Positions 1-11,919 of a stretch of 64,000 bases of DNA are shown piece by piece (position 1 is the stretch's first letter; the number at the start of each line of letters is the position of its first letter). The notes under the pieces were generated by a model. The model searched no databases. It was not told where the DNA came from and saw only the letters and a program-made list of their open reading frames with translations. The translations under genes were made by a program, and so were the position numbers. The stretch is from Saccostrea cucullata (taxonomy: Eukaryota), in NCBI RefSeq assembly GCF_032062105.1, contig NW_026923228.1, forward strand, positions 1 to 64,000. Direction: 5' to 3'.

Positions 1-1362
1 AAATTTCCTATATACCTAAATAAAGGATATACAAATGTTTTGAGAAAATAATTAATATAGTCATTAAATCTGATTTCTTTTTATTTTTACATTTATTTAT
101 TTATTTTTATTTTCTTTTTTTTTTAATTATTTTTTTTTTTTTTTTACAAAATTTATGAACATGTTTTACGATTTTATTAAAAATGACACAAATGATCTCT
201 ATCTTTTACTGTTGTGCGTCGAGATTTACAACGTCTCAAAAATATTATTGACATATTTTCAAGTTCAATATACTAGTAAAATGACACATTACGATGAAAT
301 AGTTTATATATTTTGGCACACAAATAATCTCCGTAGTTACATACATGTTCTGTAAATAACAGTTGTTTATCAAGAAGTTAAGGTGTTTATAAGTCACGAT
401 TTGATGAATTCAAGAAAGACAACTTCAGCATCGTTGTACATTGCGCAAAATTAATAAAATGAAAAATTTATTTGTCTTTAAAACGTTTTCTCATGACAAT
501 CAATCAACCTAATTAAAATCAGTCCATGACAAAACATCTTATATATTGTCAATGCATGACATATTTAAGAGAAAAGTTTAGGAAGTCCACATGCTAATTG
601 TTAAGTGGAACACCCTACGCTTGGGGAATCAATGTGTTATTTAAAATGTATCGCTGGTTTTAAACCTTCCCTTTTCTGACATGAAATCCGCATGTAACAG
701 TGCTGTGTCATGATAGAAATTCTATAGATCGTGTTGTTTTGTACGAAAGACTAAAATTCGCTGTATCATTTTAAAATTTACTTTTCAGTGTCACGTTTTA
801 ATTAATTGAAGAACTTAAATAAAAATTGCAGAATGCAAATTATAATTCTAAATAGAAATACATGTATAGGGAAATATATGGACTTAAAACTAGGTACTCA
901 AATTTTTTATGCTTTTTATATGTTGTGAAAAGATATTTTCCAGCGTTGTATCATAGATGATAGGGTGAATTTTTCATTTTTATATGTAATGAAGTTTTGT
1001 TATTGAGAAACACATTTTCACTCTACCTTTAGAATATAATGACAAACCATAATAAGATTTTCACTCTATCCTTAGAATATTATAAAATTATTATTTAGAA
1101 ATAAAACTTCAAATTAGCAAAACGAAATCACGTTAACACGTACAATGTTAATGCTTCAAACAAATACTATTTTCGTAAACAAAAAAGTGAAACAATCATG
1201 ATATTTTTTTTTAAATAATTGATACTTCTCATTATAAGAATTCAAAATTATTAATAAGGAATTGCACCAAAAATCAAAAGAATAAGATAAAGACCTAATT
1301 ATTGAGTGCGATATCCTTCGTATCAAGACATTTATCATTGTTGTCAACCACAGATAAAACAG

Positions 1363-1438
1363 GGGGCGGAGTAAGGCTGCGATATGAATGGTCTATTGGC
1401 TGAGCACCGTGTCAACAAGACACATAGATCTATAAAAG
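1363..1438 (+). promoter_or_regulatory. Putative Pol II core promoter: GC box, inverted CCAAT, TATA box
   Basis: GGGGCGGAG at 1363-1371, ATTGG at 1395-1399 and TATAAAAG at 1431-1438, in the usual order about 90 bp upstream of the ATG at 1527. Confidence 0.6.
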
Positions 1439-1526
1439 TAGCAGAGAGTGTTGACAAGGTAAGTGTTTCACATTACCTGCATTGGAATTTAATATTTCTT
1501 TCATTAATCTCTATAATATTATAGAA

Positions 1527-2294
1527 ATGGATGCAAGTACCTCAGAGGAAAGAATTACTTTAGCATTAGCTGCATTGAAATCTGATCTGGTAGGAAATAT
1601 TTATATTTGCATTCTGTCAAAATAACTGCATTTATGCTTGTTTTATATGTCAATAATTATTCTTTTTTACATTGTAACAGATGGATATGCGCAGTCAGGA
1701 TGTACAACTGATGAAGCAATTAATTGCCATCAATACGACTATCAGCTCCATGTCCAGTGGAAGACGATCTGGTTTCGCAGTCCATAGGAGCGCAAGTTTT
1801 AGTGTAATAAACAAACCTAATCCAGAGCCATTTCAAACAAGACGATGCTCAGACAGCGCTTGCAATACCAGGAAAGTGCTTACTAGACACAACAGTGAAC
1901 CAGTTCCGTCACCTAGGGGCTCCTTAAACTCAAGCTTAGAAGGTAATGTATAATATCTTGTTCAATCAAGACACTATTTTCATGAAGTTTCTGCTAATAA
2001 GAAAAAATGTCCTCTGTTTTTCTCATGAATTTGGTTTTCCTTCCAGATATCGATAGCAGCTATGAGGACCTTGTTGGATCAGAAGACAGTGACAATGATA
2101 CCCCCTCACCTTCTCCACAAAGAGCTATGTCCTCCCGCCATTCTCTGAGAAAATCCTCCCTTTTCTTCATGAGACCCCTACCGGAGGAACCCGACCTTGA
2201 TGATAAGAAATATTATGGAATACTAATGAAGAATATTAAATTGTGGAAATACTCACAGGATTCTTTGGAAAGAGCATACAGCACGGGAGATTGA
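1527..2294 (+). CDS. LURAP1/FAM89-like leucine-rich adaptor protein, about 190 aa, 3 coding exons (1527-1589, 1681-1942, 2047-2294)
   Basis: Two GT-AG introns (1590-1680, 1943-2046) join in frame. The N-terminus LALAALKSDLMDMRSQDVQLMKQLIAINTTISSM resembles the LURAP coiled-coil motif and is followed by a Ser-rich, low-complexity tail. The family call is from motif memory. Confidence 0.7.
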
Positions 2295-5200
2295 CTATCA
2301 TTTCCTGGCGCCATTTGATGACGTGAAACAATGTTTTGCAGAACCCTTCTGCATCCAAAAGAGGAAACGGTGATAGCAACAATTAGTGCTTTGTGCGCCT
2401 AACACGTAGTGTCGCTAATGCAGAAGGTCAATTAGAAGTGCCCCTGTCTCATACATCACAGACTAATCTGTCTCCGATGATGGCACCGACTCTGAAATCA
2501 TGTGACAAAGCTGTACATTTCCTGCTTCGTTATGTAATACAGCTTGGTAAAAAAAATCTGAACACTGGATTAGTTCTGTTGGCTAACATAACAACGAAAG
2601 GCATTCCATGGCATATGTGTATAGATATAGAGATGATTGCTAGGAAGAACAAGATGACTGAAAAGAAATGTTATTATGAATATATAATGTACAATTGGTT
2701 GATTTTTCACCTTGTTAATAAAAAATTGAAGCAATATTTACCTTTTTCCTTATATTCTCATACAGAAACAATTCATTCATTATATGGTGGCATTTGAGTT
2801 TTTGGGGTACTAAGTAGTTTGGCGAAAGACCTATTGAACTAAATTTTACATTAAGGGGTCCTTAAATGGTTACAAATGTGAGTGTCACAAAAAAAACTGT
2901 AGATGCTATTTTCATCATATTTGCATTTTCTGGAAGAAATACTTGCGCTCATAAAGGAATTGTTCCATGAACTCTATGTGAACATGAAATAATTAAATCT
3001 TTTTTTGATATTTTTGTTTAGTTGTTTATTTAATGACTTGGAAAAACCAAAAAGGCATCAATCTTAAACCTATATACTTGGCATGTACGGTCTTTAAGCA
3101 GTAAGGAATAAAGTAGTGGTGGAACGCAAAATCAAAATATGTCTATGTTTAGGTACATTTAAGGATATCGAAAAATAATCAATTAAAAAAAATACAAACA
3201 ATACAAATCTGTTAAAAGGGCTAAAAACAAGACCTCTCCATCCCCGGAATTCCAGAGTTGGAATCAGATGTCAAAGAGGAGAAAACATCCCCTGTCAACT
3301 TATCACACCTGCCGTTAGCCCCATGTATTAATGAGAAGACAGGATATTGCTTTGTCACATTTATTATAAAACAAAGGCTTTATAATATTATTACAATAGG
3401 TATGAATAATGTCAGCAAAAAATACATATACGACCAGATTACATGTTTTATTCTCTTATCTAAAGATTCATCTACCGCTTAACCTTACGTGTATTGATTT
3501 TCAGTCTAGGAATTCCATAGATTTAATCATGTTTCTTGCTTTTTGATACATAAAGAACATTGAGACTGTTTCTAACATATAATCTAGAGGACAAACTCCA
3601 AGACCACCAACCGAGAACAGACGAAAGTCAAAATTACAAATTAATATAACTTTTGAAATAATTTCGATAATTCAACAAAATGTTCATCATAATTGAGAAT
3701 CTCAATCTTTATCACATTACCATTGTTTAAAGCAAATACATTAAATAAAACTCAGGATATTCAAAATCTAAATTCTGACTTAAGTCTGTTCTCGGTTCAT
3801 CGTCTCGGACCCAGGGCACATATCATACACAAAAATTAACATTCTACAGACTGTTACTAAAGTTCTGACAGTTGTATATAGCAGGAAGCATATAAGTTAT
3901 TCCTGAATAATTATGTTAATTACACCAATATACGCCAATCATATGAACGTGCAAACAATTCATTACAAAAAACGCTGGGTCTCTAGAATTCCAATAAAAG
4001 GATTGAGAAGTTGAATTTATTATCTTAGCTTGTGAAACGGCTAGTGGCTTTTCTACAATTTGTCTAGAAATGAAGAATGCAAAGGAATAGGTGATAAAAA
4101 TTTGAGTTATCCAATACGACCTGTTTATATTATTTCTGAGGAAATTTGCCTTTCTAAATATAACCAACCAAATTACTTTATTTTTGTGTTACATGAAATG
4201 GTCTTTCTAAAGATGCACGAATACAATAACAAAGTTGAAAATAACTGACAGTGAACGTTCTCAAAACTACAAGCACTACAAATATTTCATATGCTATGTA
4301 AATACTTTTATTAGATAAACACTTGCAATTAAAAAATGATATAAAGCGCTAAGAAAAATATACACAACATTTTACAATGAATCTAATTGACATTCCTTCA
4401 ATCATTTAAGAATGAATTCAAATTATCTATGTACTTCAAAAGTACCCCGAAATAATCGTCTTTACTCTTATGTAAGCCTCGAATTGTAAAAGAACAATAT
4501 TCCTTATGAAGGTACAAATTTATCTTACCAATAAACAACACTTTAAAATACTGTTTAATGTGATGATTATTAGAATTTGATAACATCTGATCAACAGACT
4601 AAGAATTTGTGTAATCAAGGTGTCATGTACTTTTTGCACGTTCTCGTATTCTTCAAATTGTCGACGGTAGGTACAGATAACATATCGATATTTTAACATA
4701 ATCATAAAGGTTCTATCTAGTCATCACCATTATATCTTCAATTAGCTTGGAATAATTATATCTTATTATCAGTAGACTTCGGGTTACATATGTAACCTAA
4801 CGTTCTGTCTGATTTCAAAAAAAGTTATCAAACCCGTCTTCTTATCTGCGTCCGTGTAGACATAAACGGTACATAGCAAACATTTAACTGATTATTTATG
4901 TGATTAAATGTACATTTTTCTAGAACTTGTGTACAAATATTTGAAAATAAAAGAATAACCAGAACATAATGCCACAATTCTCCTTTTCTCCCTCTTTCCA
5001 CATGAAACTCCATATGATGCAGACTTTTCTATAATTAGGGATAAAAAGTAGATATAAATCGATCATTCAAAAACGTTACAATCTTGCAAACTTTTTGACA
5101 TTCTCTAGATGTGCAGATGAAGAGCACATCGACTTTTTATCATATAAGGACTCACTGTTGACTCAGAGAAGTGCTTAAAAAACACCGAAGTACTTAGAAA

Positions 5201-7302
5201 TTAAATTTGGTCATTATTTTGTTCCCACTAAGATTGTTTGATTATAGACAACAAGACTACAATGACAAAACTCTAGACTACATCCACTTTACCCAGACAT
5301 CTGAGAAAATGGCCGCCCTAACTAACAAACATCAAGGAAACGGAAAACAGTCGTGTGAATTATACACTTACATCTGTTGTGAGAGTGGTTGCAAAACCTT
5401 TAAAATCTTGAAGTGCATTGTACTTTCAGAATTAAATCAAGTCAATTACGTTGTGTACAATATAATTGTAATCATAAGAGACAATCTCTAAAATGTACGA
5501 CTTCCAACTACACTTTTACAGACACAATGTTTTATAAAAATTGCTAATTTTGACGTACACTTGACAATCATCATAAAATATGTATAATAGTAGTATACTT
5601 CTCGATTTATCACTCTTGAGCTTAATGATTAAAAAATGAATCAAATATTATTGTTAAGATTATTAAGATTGTATCTGTTTGAAAATTCAAAACAAAACGA
5701 AAATGAAAATTAAGAAAATGTCTTCAGCTTCAAATCTATATAACGTTGTCACTTTATGATATATAATCACCATTAGTATTTAATGTTTTAAAACATTTCC
5801 TTATTTAATTGAATGCATAATTATTCTTATGATTATAATTACCTACGAGTACTTTACTGGCATGCTACGAATGCAAAAAGTAGTAGCCTACTGAAATCAA
5901 AGAAAGATATTGAGTCAATTGATATCAAAACAGTCACTAGAAACCTTACCGTGAAAACTCTTTTGAAAGAAAAAATATTCTTTTTAACTAAAAAATTGCA
6001 ATTATAATTAAACGAGTTTAAACAATTAACAAGTGATATTTCCAGTTAAAGGTATCTGTTAGCTAATATATTATTCTTTGAAAGGATTCCAAAACACCTA
6101 TATTCAAAATCACCACATGGTCCTGAATGGACTATCAAGATAAAGAACAGTGAGAGAGAAACATAAACATCTTAAAATTTCAGAGATGGATTAGGTGCCA
6201 TAAAGGAGTAAATAATCTCCTGCCAATCTTTCGCACATTAACATGTGCCCCTTGTTATTACTAGACAACAAATACCAAATGTTTTAAATTGAGACTTTTA
6301 GTATCTTTTATCATTAACTTCTCTATATACATGAAACTTACCTCGTTTAGAAACGGTTTTCATGTAGAGCATGTTCTTGAAGTTCATGTAGAACATATTC
6401 TAGCGTATGGAATCGGCTTGGAGAAATGACTTTGATATGTGCAATGGTATTTCAAAGCATAAAATCGGGAAGTTGACGTTAGGAAAATTGAGGATTGACT
6501 AGACACCATCATAATGAATAGTTTTTATGCATTACACAATCCGTAGACACTGCAGTTTGTGAATAATGTCCTAGCAATTGCTTTAATAAACCTTCTGCCT
6601 GGTGACAGTTGTATTTGTAAACACAGACCAGGTCATTGTATCGACTAAAGACTTTACATGCTATTGACTTAATATGAGATAGTTGAAACCCTTGTGTCAT
6701 CAATCTATTTATCAGAAGCTTAACTTCGCTTAAAATTGTTCATTCGTAATGTATTGGGTATCAAAAAGAATTGAACACATATTATTTGCTATTTACAGGT
6801 AATAATGGAACATGTATGGAGCTAATGAAAAAAAGGAAGGTTTACGACGGGGAAATTGAAAATTCAACTGTTATCACAAAGTAAAAAAACAAAAGAAAAT
6901 CTATCAATGTCTTAAAGTTGCATCTTTGAACACTGCCATTTAGATTTCTCTTGGCAAAAAGGTCACCTTTGCCACAATAAATGTACGGCGCCATATATCA
7001 AAGTTGAGCATTTTAGCTATTGAACACGGATGTAACCTTGATACATTAAGATTGGCCATCTCTTGGCAAAAAGGTCACCTTTGCCACAATTTAACACATT
7101 TAATGGCTTTTTCGTAATATCTCTAATGAAGGCAATTGTTTTGTTTTTTCAAAAGTAGGTTACGGTATATATTGTCATTATCATTGATCAGAAATCATAA
7201 CAGAAAACATCAAATTATAATGACTTCATTCGCCACAATGTAAATGTATTTCCATACATAATCAAAAAAATAAATAAATATGATGAGAATTCTATCGTTT
7301 AT

Positions 7303-7558
7303 ATAAGTTATTATTGTAAATAATGACCTTTATGTGACATGTTCTTGTATATTTCTTTATATTAAATTATTGTATAACAATGTCTCTTTTGTAATAGACT
7401 TATGCAATGTGTCATCCGGGCTTTACTTATGTAACTTGATTTACCCCTTTCCGTATTGTTTTCAACCAATCAGCAAAGCGCTTTGCTATCACGTGTCCAT
7501 TGTTTATCTTTTTGCCAGAAGAGAAAGTCACGTCATTTGTACTGCTCAATTTTTTGTA
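7303..7558 (+). repeat. Split direct repeat A1 (copy A2 at 13979-14234)
   Basis: Apparently identical 256-bp copies at offset 6676; contains CCAAT, CACGTG and CACGTCA promoter-type motifs. Confidence 0.95.
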
Positions 7559-7767
7559 TTATTCGCTTTAATTCCCCGGAAAACCCTGATAGTTTTGGAT
7601 CTAGCCATACTACTGAAGATTTGGGGTTATGTGATGCACGTATTTGTTTCACAGATACTATAGATTTCCTGCAAAAGTGAGTTTGTGTTTTGTTGTGAAA
7701 TCAGACAGTTATGTAAGTTTTATTGTGTAAGTGTTTACATCCGGGCAACGGAGAGGACTGTCACAAC

Positions 7768-8391
7768 ATGGACGATCGCAGTATTCTTCGTGTATCTTTG
7801 ATTGGACATTCTTTTATAAGACGCCTGGGATATTACATGAACAATTCAAGTGAATTAAGTAATCTAAAACTCAACGACGAACAATATTCGGTGACCGTGA
7901 ATGGCCGTGGAGGGCTAAAGTTAAGAGACAGTCGTCTATTTAGAGACTTGTTGAATTTTGAGGTGCTCCCCCATATTTGCTTTATGCAGATAGGAGAAAA
8001 TGACATTTTGCTAAGCAGTCCTAACAATATAGCAAGAGACATTTTATCATTAGCTTCATATATTCACCTTGGTGTAGGGGTACAAATTGTTTTAATTGGT
8101 CAATTGTTTAGACGTAGACCTTGGGCCTCATCTAATGACTTTAATGACCGTGTGATCCACATAAACAAACTTTTGATGAATGAATGTAAAAAACTGGACA
8201 ATATACACTTTTGGCATCACAGAGGCTTTTGGAAAAGCTTGGACTTTTTGAGCAAGGATGGTGTACATTTGCGCACACACTCGGAGCATCATGTTGTGAC
8301 ATCTTCTCCAATGCATCGATTCTGGCGGAGTATCCGCTCTGCAGTATTGCACTACCGGCATAAGACAGGCCAGTATATTAATTTTATTTAA
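7768..8391 (+). CDS. SGNH/GDSL-type hydrolase (esterase) encoded by the Ngaro element, about 207 aa from ATG 7768
   Basis: Block I LIGHSF (Ser), block II GRGG, block III IGENDI (Asn), block V DGVHL (Asp/His); open frame without stops. Confidence 0.85.
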   Translation: MDDRSILRVSLIGHSFIRRLGYYMNNSSELSNLKLNDEQYSVTVNGRGGLKLRDSRLFRDLLNFEVLPHICFMQIGENDILLSSPNNIARDILSLASYIHLGVGVQIVLIGQLFRRRPWASSNDFNDRVIHINKLLMNECKKLDNIHFWHHRGFWKSLDFLSKDGVHLRTHSEHHVVTSSPMHRFWRSIRSAVLHYRHKTGQYINFI

Positions 8392-8913
8392 GTCATGTAT
8401 GGTCCATTAAAAGTTGATAGGGCTAGCTCATGATTGAAGTCTCATGTTTTGGTCATTTAGATACTGCATATATACATGGCCATTAACATTATAATGCTCT
8501 AAAAGTTAACAATTGCTGGTTGCATTGGGCCAATGATTTTGGAAAATATTGATTTTAATAGAACGCTGAGAAAATGACGTGCAAAATAATTTCATAATGA
8601 ATGCTGAGTATTCTTACTTTTAGCATGATTAGGCATGATGTAAAAATTTTATCTGAAAAGTATGGTAAAACATGATGCAAGTTCATAATATACTTGCGAG
8701 ACCATATGCTCAGACTTAAACAGAAATTAATGCTAAGGGTAATGCTTATGGGGTACACATGAGCTGTGATTTAAGTTGGTACTGAGTAGTTTCTTACAAA
8801 TCACAATGATTTGCACAATTAAATGGTGGTGCAATATTGTATGCTTGAGTGTTGGTTATAAGTATAAGATGAATGAATAATAATTAAAAAAAAAAAAAAA
8901 AAAAAAAAATAAA

Positions 8914-9055
8914 TGTGCAGGACCATATGCACTTGCTGTATGTTGATAGGAAAAAAAAAATGTGCAGGACCATATGCACTTGCTGTATGTTGATAGAGAG
9001 AATTAAATTTAAAAAAAAAATTGTGCAGGACCATATGCACTTGCTGTATGTTGAT
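8914..9055 (+). repeat. Three copies of a 34-bp unit separated by poly(A) tracts inside the Ngaro element
   Basis: TGTGCAGGACCATATGCACTTGCTGTATGTTGAT starts at 8914, 8961 and 9022. Confidence 0.9.
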
Positions 9056-9060
9056 TGAGT

Positions 9061-9101
<41 letters not shown>

Positions 9102-9365
9102 AAAAGTTTCTTTTTTTTTTTTATCGCAATATTGTATTAGTAGATACAGGATCATATGCATCCAAAAAAAAAAAAAAAGAAAAAAAAGAAAAAATAAATA
9201 AAAATAAAAAGCTCTTCTGGTTTCAATGTTTATAATTTTAAAAATATGTTGAATGCATATAGCATGGTGAACTTGTTGTTGAATCAAATACATTGATTGG
9301 TTGGATATTTCAAATTTTATAAAGTGTGCAGAAGTAATACTTTCATTCTCTTGCAGAGATCTACA

Positions 9366-10370
9366 ATGCCACCGAAACGGAAGCAAACTCCAGCCAAAAA
9401 CCCAACAAAGAGGCAAAAAATGGCCACCAAGCAACCTGAAGTGACACCACAGCCTACTACAGCCATTGAGCACCCTGAAGTGATCCCGGGGCCTGCCTAT
9501 GGACAAATTGATTATAACAAACTAGCTGAAGCCATGTTAGCCATATCTAAGCAACAACCTGAAAACGCCCCCTCGCAAAACACATCAGATGACAGACAGA
9601 TGCCTGTGACCTTGGAATCTCCTTCCACATCTCAAAGTGCTGAGCCAGCAACGACTTCCACATTGGGAACTCTTTTGGATCAAATTTTCCTTGGGGACCG
9701 CTCTACACACAAGGACTTAAGCCCACTGAGTAAGACAATTTCTTTAACAGATGGGATTCCTCTCAGTTCCACGGTTTCACAAAAAACCAAAACTAAGATT
9801 TGGAATAATGAATTTGTTGACTTAAGATCTTTGTTAAGTGTACGAGATGAACCACTTTCAGTGTCAATTTCATCAGGCATTATAAATGTACAGCAGAGTC
9901 CAAAATTTAAATTCCCGATCAGTATTTCCCAATGGACAGATGCATTTTTGATATTCGCATCTATCTACATTGAGAAATTTCCCCAGGAGGCACCCCATTT
10001 GTTCAAATATTGCCACATGGTCAGAGAGATCCAACAGTTACATGGGGATAATGCCTTCAGGGCTTATGATGAACATTTTCGTAAACTACGAGAATCTGTT
10101 GTTGCACCTTGGCAAATTCCGGTGCAAGAACTAAGATTGAAAGCTATAACATTGCCCAAACCTGGTTATCAAAATAAGACCGCGTTAAATCAGCCCTTTC
10201 GAGTCAAATACTGTTACCAGTTTAACAAAGGGGAACGTTGCACAAGGTCCCCATGTCAATTCAGGCACAGCTGCATGCAATGCAAGGGCAATCACCCCAA
10301 AGTCAAATGTTCCTACTCCTTTAAATCAAACTCAAATTCAAAATCTACCAACCCCAATCAAGATAAATAA
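9366..10370 (+). CDS. Gag-like ORF1 of the Ngaro element (about 334 aa)
   Basis: ATG 9366 (MPPKRK) follows a splice-acceptor-like tract. Central helical block (KIWNNEFVDL...QWTDAFLIFASIY...FRAYDEHFR) and C-terminal Cys/His finger CYQFN-C-C-H-C-C-H-C. Confidence 0.85.
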   Translation: MPPKRKQTPAKNPTKRQKMATKQPEVTPQPTTAIEHPEVIPGPAYGQIDYNKLAEAMLAISKQQPENAPSQNTSDDRQMPVTLESPSTSQSAEPATTSTLGTLLDQIFLGDRSTHKDLSPLSKTISLTDGIPLSSTVSQKTKTKIWNNEFVDLRSLLSVRDEPLSVSISSGIINVQQSPKFKFPISISQWTDAFLIFASIYIEKFPQEAPHLFKYCHMVREIQQLHGDNAFRAYDEHFRKLRESVVAPWQIPVQELRLKAITLPKPGYQNKTALNQPFRVKYCYQFNKGERCTRSPCQFRHSCMQCKGNHPKVKCSYSFKSNSNSKSTNPNQDK

Positions 10371-11919
10371 GCTTATTCATATACTACAAGGCTATGATCA
10401 AGAGAAATTAAAAGTGATTTCAGAGGGTTTTTCACAAGGTTTTAAGCTAGGATGTACATCTCCACCTACAATGAAGATCTCTAGAAATCACAAAAGTGCT
10501 TTAGATCACCCTGTAGTTATTGATCAGTTCATTAGTGTAGGGAAAGAAAAGAGTCGAATCGCGGGACCATTCAAGGAACCACCTTTTCTAAATTTCATTT
10601 CTTCTCCTCTTGGAGTGGTTCCAAAATCAGAACCGAATAAATATAGGGTAATTCATGATCTCTCCTTTCCCAAATTTGATTCAGTGAACCTTGGCATTCC
10701 TGAAGAAAATTCAAAAGTACAATACGACTCAATTGATAATATAACTGAACTTCTTCGGAAATTTGGTAAAGGGGCTTTAATGGCAAAAGCAGACATTGAG
10801 GACGCTTTTCGTATTGTACCCATACACCCTGAAGACTACAAACTCCTAGGTTTCTCCTGGGATAGTAATTTCTATTATGATAAGTGTCTACCCATGGGTG
10901 CCAGTAGCTCTTGCCAAATTTTTGAGTGTCTCAGTACCAGTTTGCAGTGGGTTATGTGTGAAAAATTTGGTGCACCTGGCATGTCCCACATGTTAGATGA
11001 CTTTTTCTTTATAGGCCCACACCGGTCTGATGCATGCCAGGCATCATTACAGAGGTTTTTAAGTATTTGTCAAGAATCTGGTATACCCATCAAATCTGAA
11101 AAAACTGAGGGTCCAACTACTACATTGACAATTTACGGCATTGAAGTCGACTCTATTGAAATGGTCTGTAGATTGCCAGAGGCTAAACTCTTAAAAATAA
11201 GGGATAGGTTACACGAAGCCAAGAATAGGAAGAAAATAACACTTAAAGACTTACAATCTTTAATAGGGCTTTTGAATTTTGCCTGTCTGGTAGTTGTCCC
11301 AGGGAGGGCTTTTCTGCGTCGCCTCATTGATTTAACTTGTGGAATAACTCAACCCCATTTTTTCATAAGGCTTACTTGTGAGGCAAGGGCTGACTTGAGT
11401 ATGTGGTCCCATTTTATAGATAACTTTAATGGGAAATCGGTTATTCTGCCAGATATTTGGGCCTCTGCTGAAAAACAATTACTTTTTACTGATGCTTCAG
11501 GGTCATTGGGCTGTGCAGCTGTTTTGGGTAGAAACTGGTTTGCCCTGGGTTGGGACGCAATCAAAGACATGTCACATCAGCAAATCGCAATTAAAGAGAT
11601 GTTCCCAATAGTGTTAGCTTTAGAGATTTGGGGATCATATCTTGCCGATAGGAAAATACTTTTCATGTCCGATAATTTAGCTGTGGTGCACGCCATAAAC
11701 AAGCAAACATGCAAGGAAAAAACTCTCATGAAACTAGTTAGGAGACTTGTTCTTGTGACCCTTTCTCAGAATATTCTTTTTAAAGCTAAGCACATTCCTG
11801 GGAAAAGTAATACTTTAGCAGATCACCTATCTCGGTTTAAATTTCAGGAGGCCTTCAGGATAGCACCTCACTTGAATCCCAGTCAAACAGTGGTGCCCAA
11901 GGACCTCTTGTCGATTTGA
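10189..11919 (+). CDS. Reverse transcriptase/RNase H (ORF2) of the Ngaro element; the frame opens at 10189 with no ATG before the conserved N-terminal region
   Basis: RT motifs SPLGVVPK, YRVIHDLS, KADIEDAFR, LPMG, HMLDDF. RNase H motifs FTDASG, IKEMFPI, SDNLAVV, NTLADHLSR. Confidence 0.93.
   Translation: MSPFESNTVTSLTKGNVAQGPHVNSGTAACNARAITPKSNVPTPLNQTQIQNLPTPIKINKLIHILQGYDQEKLKVISEGFSQGFKLGCTSPPTMKISRNHKSALDHPVVIDQFISVGKEKSRIAGPFKEPPFLNFISSPLGVVPKSEPNKYRVIHDLSFPKFDSVNLGIPEENSKVQYDSIDNITELLRKFGKGALMAKADIEDAFRIVPIHPEDYKLLGFSWDSNFYYDKCLPMGASSSCQIFECLSTSLQWVMCEKFGAPGMSHMLDDFFFIGPHRSDACQASLQRFLSICQESGIPIKSEKTEGPTTTLTIYGIEVDSIEMVCRLPEAKLLKIRDRLHEAKNRKKITLKDLQSLIGLLNFACLVVVPGRAFLRRLIDLTCGITQPHFFIRLTCEARADLSMWSHFIDNFNGKSVILPDIWASAEKQLLFTDASGSLGCAAVLGRNWFALGWDAIKDMSHQQIAIKEMFPIVLALEIWGSYLADRKILFMSDNLAVVHAINKQTCKEKTLMKLVRRLVLVTLSQNILFKAKHIPGKSNTLADHLSRFKFQEAFRIAPHLNPSQTVVPKDLLSI

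Noticed and set aside
1456-1524. Possible 5'-UTR intron (AAG|GTAAGT at 1459 to TAG at 1524)
   Set aside because: The donor falls where the TATA box predicts the start of transcription; ambiguous without transcripts.
2393-2797. 134-aa ORF
   Set aside because: GTG start, lies in the probable 3' UTR of the LURAP-like gene, no recognisable domain.
7334-7680. ORFs 7334-7663 and 7456-7680 and their duplicates at 14010-14353
   Set aside because: Non-ATG starts lying in repeat A; the duplication is explained by the split direct repeats; no protein motifs.
8914-9055. Repeat-spacer pattern resembling a CRISPR array
   Set aside because: Spacers are poly(A) tracts, the context is eukaryotic, and there are no cas genes.
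8819-9506. Phe-rich minus-strand ORFs
   Set aside because: Artefacts of poly(A) tracts.
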